Origin: an uncultured virus (IMG/VR IMGVR_UViG_3300043570_001522)
Taxonomy: Duplodnaviria > Heunggongvirae > Uroviricota > Caudoviricetes
Length of the DNA stretch: 64,000 bases
Virus record (IMG/VR): IMGVR_UViG_3300043570_001522
Reading direction: 5' to 3' (one strand)
Both the position numbers and the translations under genes were made by a program. The notes beneath the pieces were generated by a model. That model was given only the letters and a program-made list of their open reading frames with translations, was not told the DNA's origin and made no database searches. Below, piece by piece: positions 28,820 through 39,800 of the stretch (position 1 is the stretch's first letter; every line of letters starts with the position of its first letter).

Positions 28820-31141
28820 GTGAAAGTAAACAAAATAAGTTTAATGCAAGAAGGAGGACAAATGGCTGAGCAAGTTATGGCAGATCCACAACAACAATCA
28901 GTAGATCCTGCTATACAACAAATTTCAGATTTTATTTCTCAAGCAATAACTGAAGGACAAAATCCTGCTGAAGTTGTTATGTCTTTGGTCCAACAACAAG
29001 TTGATCAACAAGTTATTGGCCAAGCTTTGATGATGAATGGTTTTGAAGAAAATGATATTATGTCTTTATTCCAAGAGTTAAGTCAAGGCCAACAAGTAGA
29101 AGAACAAGCTGGTGGTGAACCTTTTCCTTCTGCTAACTTAAATCAAACTCCGGAACAATTAACTGAAGATACAAGCATGCATTCTGATGAAATGTCAGCA
29201 GAAGAAACTGATGAACCAGGATTATCTATGGGTAAATCAGGAATAGAAATTAAACCTGAGAATGAAGGTAAGTTTACTAGATGGGCTCAAGCACGTGGTA
29301 TGTCTGTACAAGAAGCTGCAAGTAAAGTAATGGCAAACACAGATGAGTATCCTCCAGCTGTAGTTAAGATGGCAAACTTTGCTAAGAATGCTGCTGGTTG
29401 GAATAAAGAATATGGTGGTGAAAGTTATCAAACGGGTGGTGCTCCTCAAGGAAGAGTATCAACAGTTAATAATGTATCTACTAATCAAAACATGAATTGG
29501 CAAATGGCACCTTTGTATATGAATCCAATGGCATTTGAATATTCAAATGATAATTTTAGTTTAGGTAAAGCTGCAGCTGTTGCTTATGGTGGTTATAAAG
29601 AATTTTTAAGTGGTAAAGAAAATGAACAAGGTGTTAAAGAAGGATTTTTTAGAGATACTAAGAAAAAAGCAGGAATAAGAGATGCCACTAAAGGTGATTA
29701 TTATAACTATAAAATTACCCAAGATCCTAATGATCCAAATAAATACATGGCTGATAATTTAGATCTATTTTATGCATCAAAAAATAAAGGAAGTCTAAGA
29801 ACACCTGAGCAATATGTTAAAGATATAGCTACCAATTCTAGATTTAATTATAATACAGATACTCATGACTATGATTCTATTGTTAGTAGTAGACCTATAG
29901 ATAAAAGAATTTATGATTCAGCTAGTCAAAAAAATGCAATAAAAGGTAAAGATTATAATTATTTACTTAATATGGATCCAGATACTAAAGCTATGATCAT
30001 GGGTGGTAAAGATGATCCAGAAGGTGTTAGAATGGGTATTGATGAATATGGTAGAGGTATGTCATATTTACCTGGTTCAAAAAATCCATATGAGTATAAT
30101 ACATATATGGGTATTAATAAAGTTGGTCAAAGTTCAATGATACCTACGGGAGACAATGGACAACCTATTGCTGCTATGACTACTAGTCCAGCTATTCCTG
30201 GTATTCCAGGTTCTATGATGGGTGCAACTCCATCTGGTACTGCCCCAAATGTACCACAAAAATCATTTAGACAATGGTATTCATCAGGAGATGCTAAAAG
30301 AAACCAAGGTAAAAGTCAACAACAATTACAATCTGAATATGATGCTTATCTTAGTCAAGGATACAAATATGGTGGTGACTTAGATAAAGCTCAAGTTGGT
30401 CCTCCTAATTGGTTAGCTGGAATGGTTAATCAAAATAATTACTATGATCAATCACAACAACAAGGTATAGGTGATTTCTTTAGTAATATGGGGCAAACTA
30501 ATTATATGCAAGATACACAAGCAGTAGCTAATGCCCAATTACAAAATAGAGTTCCAGCATTAGGAGCAACCCCTCAACAACAACAAATGCAATCAATATT
30601 TACTCCTCAACAAGGAGTTCCAACATTAAATGATCCTAATGCACAAACTGCAGCTGATAGAAAATTATATGATGATCAACAAGCATTGGGTGCAGCAGGT
30701 CAAAACACTATATCTCTTACAGATGCGCAATTAGCAAATGAACCGGCATTTGGTCAACCAAAAGTAGAAAGAACAAATAAATTTGAAGGTGGTTTAAATA
30801 GATTAGCTGATAGTCCTGTAGTACAAGGTTATGGCAAATTATCTAACTTTGCAGTTCAAGGTGCCGGTGTTATTAATGATTGGTTTAGAGATAGAGCTGT
30901 TAATAGAGCAAGAGAAGATAACTTTAACAAACTTGGTGCTGATTATCAATATGCTACTGCAGAAGATCCATTTAATAAAAGAGGAATGTGGGATGTTAAT
31001 ACAGGAACAGCAGGTAGTGAAGGAGATAGAACAGTTGGTTTATATATGAGCAAGTATGGTGGTGAAAATAATACTGTAAATGTTGATTCAAATTTATTGG
31101 CAAAATTAATTGCAGCAGGAGCTGACATTGAAATACTATAA
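28820..31141 (+). CDS. Internal virion cargo protein, Q/M/G-rich and largely low-complexity
   Basis: 773 aa, GTG start, IEIKPENEGKFT..KMANFAKNA module, multiple xxxGG motifs. Confidence 0.65.
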   Translation: MKVNKISLMQEGGQMAEQVMADPQQQSVDPAIQQISDFISQAITEGQNPAEVVMSLVQQQVDQQVIGQALMMNGFEENDIMSLFQELSQGQQVEEQAGGEPFPSANLNQTPEQLTEDTSMHSDEMSAEETDEPGLSMGKSGIEIKPENEGKFTRWAQARGMSVQEAASKVMANTDEYPPAVVKMANFAKNAAGWNKEYGGESYQTGGAPQGRVSTVNNVSTNQNMNWQMAPLYMNPMAFEYSNDNFSLGKAAAVAYGGYKEFLSGKENEQGVKEGFFRDTKKKAGIRDATKGDYYNYKITQDPNDPNKYMADNLDLFYASKNKGSLRTPEQYVKDIATNSRFNYNTDTHDYDSIVSSRPIDKRIYDSASQKNAIKGKDYNYLLNMDPDTKAMIMGGKDDPEGVRMGIDEYGRGMSYLPGSKNPYEYNTYMGINKVGQSSMIPTGDNGQPIAAMTTSPAIPGIPGSMMGATPSGTAPNVPQKSFRQWYSSGDAKRNQGKSQQQLQSEYDAYLSQGYKYGGDLDKAQVGPPNWLAGMVNQNNYYDQSQQQGIGDFFSNMGQTNYMQDTQAVANAQLQNRVPALGATPQQQQMQSIFTPQQGVPTLNDPNAQTAADRKLYDDQQALGAAGQNTISLTDAQLANEPAFGQPKVERTNKFEGGLNRLADSPVVQGYGKLSNFAVQGAGVINDWFRDRAVNRAREDNFNKLGADYQYATAEDPFNKRGMWDVNTGTAGSEGDRTVGLYMSKYGGENNTVNVDSNLLAKLIAAGADIEIL

Positions 31142-31143
31142 CT

Positions 31144-33543
31144 ATGGCAAAAATTAAAATAAATAGTTTACCTCCAGGCTTTAAATTAGTCAATGGTAAA
31201 ATAGAAGAAGATCAAATGATGAGAGAAGGTGGTTATGTAACCGGTGATCAAGCTGGTTATGGATTAGTTACTTTACCTCAAGAGTATTATAATAATGCTA
31301 ATATGAATACCACAAGAGATGAATCTGTTAGATATAGTTTATCTGGTGTACCTAGAGACAAAGCTAATATAGAAGCTGAAGGTGGTGAAACTGTATTAAC
31401 TGATTTAAATAATGATAATCAATTTGGTTTATATAATATAAGAGGGCCAAGGCACTCTAAAGGTGGTGTACCAATGTATTTACCAGAACAATCTTTTATT
31501 TATTCTGATACAGATAAGATGAGATTTGATCAGACAGAAATGGCTGAGTATGGTATTGAAAGTAAATCCAAAATGACTCCTGCACAAATATCTAAAAGAT
31601 ATGATCTTAATAAGTATTATGGTGCAATGAAAGATCAATATGCTGATGAGATAACAGCACGTAGTTCTGAACTTATGTTGAAGAAAAATATGATGGGTTT
31701 ATCTAAATTGGCATTTGGTCAAGAACTTAAAAAGAAATTTGAAGATGGTGTACCATTAGCTGCTCATCCATATTTAGTTTCTATTGGTGAAGATCCAATT
31801 GAGTTTACATCTAAAGTAGAAAATATTACAAGACAACAAGCTCAGATGAGAGCTATTGCTGCTTTACCACCTGAGCAACAACAACAACTATTGCAATTGC
31901 AAGAGATGATGGCACAAGTTGATCAACAACAACCTCAGCAACAAGAACAATCTTTTGAAGATCCTTCAATGCAAGATCAAGCAATGGGTCAACAACAGTT
32001 GGCTATGGCTGATGAAGATGTAATGGGCATGGAAGATCCTAATCAAGAAATGGCAAGATACGGTGCAGAAATACAAATGTATCAGAAAGGTAAAGAAACA
32101 CCTAGACAACGTAAGTTTAGAGAAGAAAAAGCTGCTCAATTAGCAAAACAAAAAATTGCTGCTCAAAATCAAATGGGTCAAGGTTCAGTATCTATTTATG
32201 ATCAAGATATTGCAGGTCAAGAAAAAGCAATTCAAGAAAGTGATAGAGGTATTTATCAATATGGTAGATTATCACAAGGAAATAGACCTGAATTTCAAAA
32301 TAGAGCGGGTTCAGCATTTGGTTCAGAAGATATAAAAACTCCAGAATCAAAAGCTGATTTTATGGATAGATGGGGAGATGTTGTAGCAACAATACCCGGA
32401 TTTGATTATGATAAAGATCCAGCAGATCCACAATGGGGAAAATTTCAAAAGTTAGCTGAAGAGACCAGAAAAAAAGAACATATTGCTGCATTTGGTAGTG
32501 ATAAAGGATATGTACCTTATTGGAAAGAAAAAGGAAGTAAAGGTTATGTTAAAGGTCAAGCATTTGATAGTAAGTTGGGATTGCATACTTATAATGCTCC
32601 ACGTTTTAAACTTGGTGCACCAGAACCTGTTGATGTTCCTGTTAGTGTTGATATTCCACCAGCACCAAGAGCATCTTTAGAAGTACCCGCAATTCAAAGA
32701 TATACACCACCTCAAGGTCAATGGTGGGCACAAGATGTAAATAACTTAAATGCATTAGCTTTAATTGATGATAACTTATATTTACCATGGGCTCCAGATG
32801 CTGGACCAGCTAAAATAGATTATGTATTAGATGATTGGAGAGGTGCTGTTAATGCAAATTCAGCAGCTGCAAATACTATGGCAAATGCTTTAGGTGCTGT
32901 TGGTGGACCACAAGCTGTTGCTAACTCAAATATTCAAGGTCAAACGATGGATGCAAATGCACAAGCTATTAATAGAGTTAATACCAATAATGTTGGTATT
33001 ATGAATCAAATAGCTCCAATGCAAGAACAATTGGATATGCAAGTTGATGCAATCAATCAAGCTAGAAATATCAAAGTCTATGATGATACACAAAAAACAT
33101 TACAAGCTGCTGATAATTTTAAAAACTGGAAGATTGGTAAACAAGCTGAACTATTTAATACGGCATTAACTAATAGAGCTAATACCTATAATCTAAACAC
33201 ATTGTATGATAACTATGCAATTGATCCTACAACAGGAGGGCCTATTGGATTTAAAGGTAATAAGGCATTACAAAAAGTAGGGAAAGAACCTGATAAACAA
33301 AAAGCTTTTTTAGATGCATATACTGAATTAAGAAAGAACTTACCAGCTGATCAAAAAATAGATGAGAGTTTCTTAAAAATGTATTTGGGTATGAGTCCTA
33401 ATCAAAATCCTGATATAACTAATGCACAATTAGAAATGCAAAGAAATGGTGTACCAATGGGTTATCCAACATCTCAAGGTAAATCAGGAAAAGAAATAAA
33501 AAAGATGATAGTACCATTCTACACAGGAAAGATGGGAGCATAA
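31144..33543 (+). CDS. Internal virion cargo protein
   Basis: 799 aa, EAEGGE...GPRHSKGGV motif recurrent in crAss-like cargo proteins, Q-rich linker. Confidence 0.65.
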   Translation: MAKIKINSLPPGFKLVNGKIEEDQMMREGGYVTGDQAGYGLVTLPQEYYNNANMNTTRDESVRYSLSGVPRDKANIEAEGGETVLTDLNNDNQFGLYNIRGPRHSKGGVPMYLPEQSFIYSDTDKMRFDQTEMAEYGIESKSKMTPAQISKRYDLNKYYGAMKDQYADEITARSSELMLKKNMMGLSKLAFGQELKKKFEDGVPLAAHPYLVSIGEDPIEFTSKVENITRQQAQMRAIAALPPEQQQQLLQLQEMMAQVDQQQPQQQEQSFEDPSMQDQAMGQQQLAMADEDVMGMEDPNQEMARYGAEIQMYQKGKETPRQRKFREEKAAQLAKQKIAAQNQMGQGSVSIYDQDIAGQEKAIQESDRGIYQYGRLSQGNRPEFQNRAGSAFGSEDIKTPESKADFMDRWGDVVATIPGFDYDKDPADPQWGKFQKLAEETRKKEHIAAFGSDKGYVPYWKEKGSKGYVKGQAFDSKLGLHTYNAPRFKLGAPEPVDVPVSVDIPPAPRASLEVPAIQRYTPPQGQWWAQDVNNLNALALIDDNLYLPWAPDAGPAKIDYVLDDWRGAVNANSAAANTMANALGAVGGPQAVANSNIQGQTMDANAQAINRVNTNNVGIMNQIAPMQEQLDMQVDAINQARNIKVYDDTQKTLQAADNFKNWKIGKQAELFNTALTNRANTYNLNTLYDNYAIDPTTGGPIGFKGNKALQKVGKEPDKQKAFLDAYTELRKNLPADQKIDESFLKMYLGMSPNQNPDITNAQLEMQRNGVPMGYPTSQGKSGKEIKKMIVPFYTGKMGA

Positions 33544-33602
33544 ACTTTAAAAGTTTTATGATTTGTCTTGTTAAACTTAATAAATTTTAGTAATTTACAA
33601 TT

Positions 33603-36600
33603 ATGGCAACATACGTACCAGGAGCAGAGACATATTTACCGGACATTAAACCATTTACACCAGACTATAAGTTTTTGTCTGCTGTACTTGATACAAGACA
33701 GGATAGATATAATACTAATTGGAAGGCAACTAATGATCTTTACAATAAAGTAGTCTATGCTGATTTGTCCAGAACAGATACCAAAGAACAAAGAGATCAA
33801 TATATAAACCAATTAGCTCCATCTTTAGAGAAAATCTCAGGGATGGATTTATCATTGGCACAAAATGTAGATGCTGCTAAATCAGTATTTGCACCATTCT
33901 TTGAAGATGATTTAATAGTTAGTGATATAATGCATACTACTAACTATAGAAAAGAAATGGATTATGCAAATAGACTTATGGGTAATGCAGATGATGCATT
34001 AAGAAATAGTTATTCTGCAGATGGAGTAAAAGGTTTACAATATCATATGGATGATTTTATAAATGCTGCTCCTGATAAAGCAATGAAAATGGGTTTACCT
34101 AAATTTGTTGAGAATGCTAACATAATGGAGATGTCTCAGAAAATTTTAGGTGAAATGAAACCACCTTTAAAGATGAAGGTAGATCATTATGGTGTAAATC
34201 CTGATGGATCAGTTAATACTGATTGGATTATTACAGAACAAAATGGTAATTTAGTTACGGGTCCTGCATTACAATATATTCAAAAAGCTTTATTAGATGA
34301 TCCAAGAATACAAAGACATTATCAAAATCAAGCATTTGTAAGAGGTAGAGATTTTGCTGCAGAAGGAATGGCTAGCGGAATGTTTACAAATAAAGAAGAA
34401 GGTCAAGCTGCTTGGGCTGAAGAAACTATTGCTAGAATTGAAAAACAAAATGAATACTATCTTAAAAAAGATATTAAAGCTTTAGCTAAAGCTGAAGATG
34501 TAAATGTTAGATGGAATAATTATCAAGCTGAAAATGGTGTTGTACCAGGATCAGATGATGAAAAAGCAATGACTGCTGAAATGTCATCTTATGAAGCAAC
34601 TAAGGCTGCACTAGATGCAAAGTTTAAAGTTCAAGAAATAAGTAAATCACCAGTAAAAGATTTTGAAAGTACATTGAATAAAGCATATAATCTTTTAATG
34701 CATAATAACATATCCAGAGAAATGCAAGCAGCTGCTCAAGAGTATGGTGCAAGAGATATGGAGTATACAATGAAAGTTAATGAGTATGCCAAACAACAAA
34801 AGCAGTTTCAGTTTGATATGGCTAAGATTGAACAACAACATCAAAATGCTGTTGACTTAGCAAATGTTAAAGGTGCAATTGATTATAAATTGGCTGAAGC
34901 AAAAGGAGAAATTGTACCTGTTAGTCCTATATTACAAGTAGGTGGTGGAAGTACTGCATCAATAGGTGATGCAACAAATACAGAATTTGCAGTTGGTGAA
35001 GATGGATTACCTGATCCAAATACAGATATGTATAGTAAATTAGGTAAAGATTATGCAGTATCAAGAAGTATAGCTAGAGATAAACAACTTGATGTTGCAA
35101 CCGGTATATTAACATTTTTAAATCCTGCAGGTGATATAGATAATTCTGGTAAACCTACACAAAAATATACAGTAAAAGTAGGAGGTGAAAACTTTACAGG
35201 AACAATTGATCAAATAAAAACTAAACTTGGTACTAAAGAAAATGGTGCTTATAAGTATAGTGCTGATATAGATAACTTATATCAAGCACAATCTAAAATA
35301 TTAAATGATCCAAAACAAATGGCTAAGTATCCAGGTAAAGCCAAATCACAAACCTATAATGATTTGTATCAAAAAATATATTCTGACCAAGGTCTTAATA
35401 CAGAAATTGAAGTGCTTGATAGAACATTTAATACTGTAGCTAATAAGTATAAAAAAACTCATGATGCTGCAGTAGTATTAGTTAAAGGTGAGGATTCTGA
35501 TGTTAAAGCATTAATGGAAAGAGGTGGTATGCCTGGAATATATCAAACATCAAGTAGTGGAGTAGTAACTGCAATGACTAAAGAACAGTATATTGCTAAA
35601 GTAGCAGAATTAGCAAAACAAGGAAAAGTAAAAAATATAAACTTAGATTGGACTTGGGATACTGGTACAAATAATGCAGATTATTTAATAGATGAGAAAG
35701 TATTTGTTCCATCAACTAGAACATCTGCTATGGGTAGTGGTGGTAACTGGAAGTATACTGGTAAAAAAGTTTTAGATATGGATGCTATTAATGCTGAAGC
35801 AGGATTAGTATATGATAAAATTAAACAAAAAACTAATAATGCTTTGACAGGACATCTTGGTGATAAATTTGAAACAGGAACTTTTAAAGGCACTATGAAT
35901 GGAAGAACTGGTGCTACTGATATGGGTATAGCACCCGTATATAGAGCTCCTGTAGATCCTTTAGCTTCTACATTAGAAGGGCAAACTACTTTGGCTCAAA
36001 TGATGACACAAAAAAATATGTTAGATGGACAGGGTGGTGGTTATACTATGGTACTTGGTAATTTAAAAGATAAGAAAGATTCTAAATCTATAGTAAATGA
36101 TGCATTAGCAGCTAAAGCTTACAATGCTTATATAGCTGATATGTTAACTTGGACAGGTAATCCTAAACGTAGTAACACAGCAGGTATTGCACCAAGAGCA
36201 TCAATTACTTATAGTAGTACATTAGGTGCTGCAGGAGAAGGTAAAAAAACTACAGCTGGATACACCATTGATGGATTCAATGAATGGTTAGCAAGTAAAG
36301 TTAAAGGTGCACCAACAGAAGCAAGTGGTGAAGCTGGAGAATATGGTTTATTTACTAAAGGTGAAGTAGCTCAATTACAAAATGGTATTACAATGATATT
36401 TGATAAAAAACAAGATATTAATCCAAGAGCTAGCCGTAGTAATTATTATTCAAAAACATTATCTGCTATTGAATCTAATCCTGAAAAATTTGTACAATAT
36501 GATTATCCAGGCGTAGATGGTATGACACCAACTGCAACGTATAGAATTGTTAAAACAGGAACAGATCAATTTTATGCAACATATAAATATAGCACCTATC

Positions 36601-36782
36601 AATCTGATGGAACATATAGAACAAGTGATTGGCAACAAACTCCAATAACAGTTGGATCTTTTAATGCGGGTGAATCAATTGATGCTCAAGTTAAAAAAAT
36701 GCAAGAAACATTTGAAATTAAAAGACAAATGAATTTAGAAGATTATAATAAAAACTCTGCAGCCAACGGAAAGAAAAAATAA
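33603..36782 (+). CDS. Cargo / ejection protein preceding virion RNAP
   Basis: 1059 aa, helical N-terminal half, synteny. Confidence 0.6.
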   Translation: MATYVPGAETYLPDIKPFTPDYKFLSAVLDTRQDRYNTNWKATNDLYNKVVYADLSRTDTKEQRDQYINQLAPSLEKISGMDLSLAQNVDAAKSVFAPFFEDDLIVSDIMHTTNYRKEMDYANRLMGNADDALRNSYSADGVKGLQYHMDDFINAAPDKAMKMGLPKFVENANIMEMSQKILGEMKPPLKMKVDHYGVNPDGSVNTDWIITEQNGNLVTGPALQYIQKALLDDPRIQRHYQNQAFVRGRDFAAEGMASGMFTNKEEGQAAWAEETIARIEKQNEYYLKKDIKALAKAEDVNVRWNNYQAENGVVPGSDDEKAMTAEMSSYEATKAALDAKFKVQEISKSPVKDFESTLNKAYNLLMHNNISREMQAAAQEYGARDMEYTMKVNEYAKQQKQFQFDMAKIEQQHQNAVDLANVKGAIDYKLAEAKGEIVPVSPILQVGGGSTASIGDATNTEFAVGEDGLPDPNTDMYSKLGKDYAVSRSIARDKQLDVATGILTFLNPAGDIDNSGKPTQKYTVKVGGENFTGTIDQIKTKLGTKENGAYKYSADIDNLYQAQSKILNDPKQMAKYPGKAKSQTYNDLYQKIYSDQGLNTEIEVLDRTFNTVANKYKKTHDAAVVLVKGEDSDVKALMERGGMPGIYQTSSSGVVTAMTKEQYIAKVAELAKQGKVKNINLDWTWDTGTNNADYLIDEKVFVPSTRTSAMGSGGNWKYTGKKVLDMDAINAEAGLVYDKIKQKTNNALTGHLGDKFETGTFKGTMNGRTGATDMGIAPVYRAPVDPLASTLEGQTTLAQMMTQKNMLDGQGGGYTMVLGNLKDKKDSKSIVNDALAAKAYNAYIADMLTWTGNPKRSNTAGIAPRASITYSSTLGAAGEGKKTTAGYTIDGFNEWLASKVKGAPTEASGEAGEYGLFTKGEVAQLQNGITMIFDKKQDINPRASRSNYYSKTLSAIESNPEKFVQYDYPGVDGMTPTATYRIVKTGTDQFYATYKYSTYQSDGTYRTSDWQQTPITVGSFNAGESIDAQVKKMQETFEIKRQMNLEDYNKNSAANGKKK

Positions 36783-36823
36783 AAAATAAGTACATTTACA
36801 TAAAATAATTCAGGTACTAATAC

Positions 36824-39800
36824 ATGGAAAATCAAGTTGAAAATAACAGTTTAGATCAAATAATTACAAACAATCAAGTTACAGAAAGTGTTATTCCAAA
36901 AGGAGATTCATTTCAACCTGTAATGGATATGTTTGATTCTGAAGAAAATGATATTCTGATGAGTAGAATGGATTTAGCACAATTACAAAGATTGGATGCG
37001 CTAAAACCATTAATTGATAGCACTGGAATTAGATCAAATGGAAATGCCTTAGCAAAAAGACCTACATTATCTTCTAACACATTTGATCCTGTTCTTCAAC
37101 AAAATCCACCTAACTTAAATGAGCCAGGTGGATTTGAAAGAATGATGGACCAAAATGTAAAAACTGGTTTTCAAAAACAACAAAAAGATATTGCACCTGG
37201 AACTGGTGTTGCTGCACCTGCTTTTGCAGGAATGGTGCAAAGTAATTTTATGCGTTACTATGAGCATCCTGAATTTCAAAAATTAGGATGGAAACCATTT
37301 GCAGATAATGAAGCATACTATAATGCTAACTCAACCATCTATGATGATATGAGTAGAATGTGGGGTCAGTTTGGAAGTTTAGCTGGAACTGGGTTTATGG
37401 GTGGTTATAGATCTATTGGTTCTGCATTCACCGGTGAGTCAATGACAACAGATTTAAAATCAGCTACTGAGTTTGAAGATGCTATAGCAGTTGGTAATTC
37501 AAGTAGAGAAGGCACTTTGGCTTGGACTAATAATTTATTATTAAATTCTGCATATACTGTGGGTATTATAGGATCTATTGCTGCAGAAGAACTTGCTTTA
37601 GCTGCTTTAGAAGTGGGAACATTTGGTGGTGCAACTCCTTTAGTTGCTGCAAGAACTGCTGCTAATGCTGCAAGATTAACAAGAAGTATTGGTCAAGCAA
37701 CTACAGTTGGTAGATTATATAGTGCAGGAAGAGGAATGATGACTGCATTAAAAGGTGTTGATGCAGCAAAAGATTTTTGGTCTGTTGCTAGAGCTGGTGG
37801 TAAAATGACTGCAGGATTATTTGCACCTGAAACAGTAGCTGCAGTTAAAAGATTAAAGACTACAGAAGTAGTAGCACAAAACTTAACTAACATGGCTAAG
37901 GCATCTGAGTATGCTGGGTCATTTTATAGAGATGCTAGAGCTTTAAATTTAGCATTATCAGAAAGTAAACTTGAAGGAGGTATGGTCTATAATCAATTGA
38001 TTAAAGATGGTATGGATATCAAGTTTGCTGAAAATAGTGGTAGTCCTGTTACTACAGAACAAGTTGCAGATATTCAAAACAATGCACACAAAGCTGCATT
38101 TGCAACTACAATGACAAATATGCCTATAATATATTTAACTAATAAATTAGTTTTAGGTAATTCATTAGGTGGTTTTAATAAATCATTAGGTAGAATATTT
38201 AATGAACAAGCAAAAGGTATTGGTAGCAGAATCATTAAAACAGCAGGCACTGTTGGTAAAGGTGGTGTAAAATCATTAAGTCCATTTAAAGATGCTGGTA
38301 CAGGACTTAAAGGTTTAGCTACAACAATTGCTAATGCAGGTGTTAAAGGTAATTTAGCAAAATTAGGTCAAGGTTCATTAAGATATTTTGCAGCAAATTT
38401 AGGAGAAGGTGTACAAGAAATTACTCAAGAAGCTATATCTGCAGGTACTAAAACTTATTACACTTCTTTATTAAAGGATCCAATGAATGGAGGACCTGAA
38501 TTATTTAATGCTTCAGTTAAAGCTGGAATAGGTGGACAGTTTTCAGCTCAAGGTTTTGATGTATTTATGTCAGGATTTTTAATGGGTGGTGTAGTATCTG
38601 GACCTCAAAAATTATTTTTCCAAGGTGTACCTGCTTTATATCAAAGAGTAGCTAACCCAGAAAAGTATGCTGAGTATAAACAAAACAAAGAAAACTACAT
38701 TAAATCTATAGTTGATACATATAATGCTGTTTGGAATGCACAAGCAGAAGATCCAAATGCAATATTTGATCCTAAGAAATATAACTTCTTACAACAAAAA
38801 GCAGCAGCACAAGGAAAAACATTAGCTTCTATTGCTAATGATCAGTTTGATTTTGTTGATGAAACAGACTTTGCTAAGTTTCAACAAATACATACTGTAT
38901 TAAGTACAGGGGGTGCCCATTTATTTCAAGATCAATTGCTTGATTATATGAAAATGTCTGATGAAGATTTAGCCACAGCTTTTCCTGCAAGTAAAAAAGA
39001 GATTAAGAATGGAAAGATTAGAGAACGTCTTCAAGGTTTAGTTAATCAAATTGATGTAACTGAAAATATATATGAAGAATCAAAAGATAGAAATCCAAAT
39101 CCATTTATGCCTGAAGCTTATGAAAAAGGATCAAGACAATGGACAGAAGAAACAATAAAGAAAATTGCATTTGAACATGCAAGATATCTTTATATGTTTA
39201 CACAAGATGGATTTACTAGAGCATTAGAAAGATCAAATAGTATATATCAAGGTTTAGCATCTGAACCTTTGTTTGATAAAATGGCAGCCAATGATTTAAC
39301 TGTATTACTAGATCAAGATTCTATTGATAAAGAAATACAAATGTTAACTGAAGAAACTATTGTTTTATCTGGAGACAAGGCTAATCAAAAAAGAGTAAAA
39401 GATAAAATAGAAAAGATAGCTAGATTGCAAGCATTTAAAGGCATTCTGATGAATGAGGAAAATCAAACTAAAGATGGTTCTTTTGATAGAAGAAAAATAG
39501 GATTACTTAGAAAAGAATTTGAAAACTATGTTCAATACATGGCCAATCAAACAGGTTCTTTTGTAAATAAGAATAATGTTAATGCTGCATTAAAACAAAT
39601 AATTGATTACACTGCATTAAAAGGTAGAGCCAAAGTTTATGATAAAGCAATTGAGTATTTAAATGATCCTCAAAAGTTTGATCTTGTATTTCAAAGAACT
39701 GCTGAAGTATTGCAAGAACAATATAAAAATAGAAAAAAAATATTTGAACAACAGGTACGTGATTATGTTGGTGTAATTGAAAGAAATGAGTTAGCAAATC

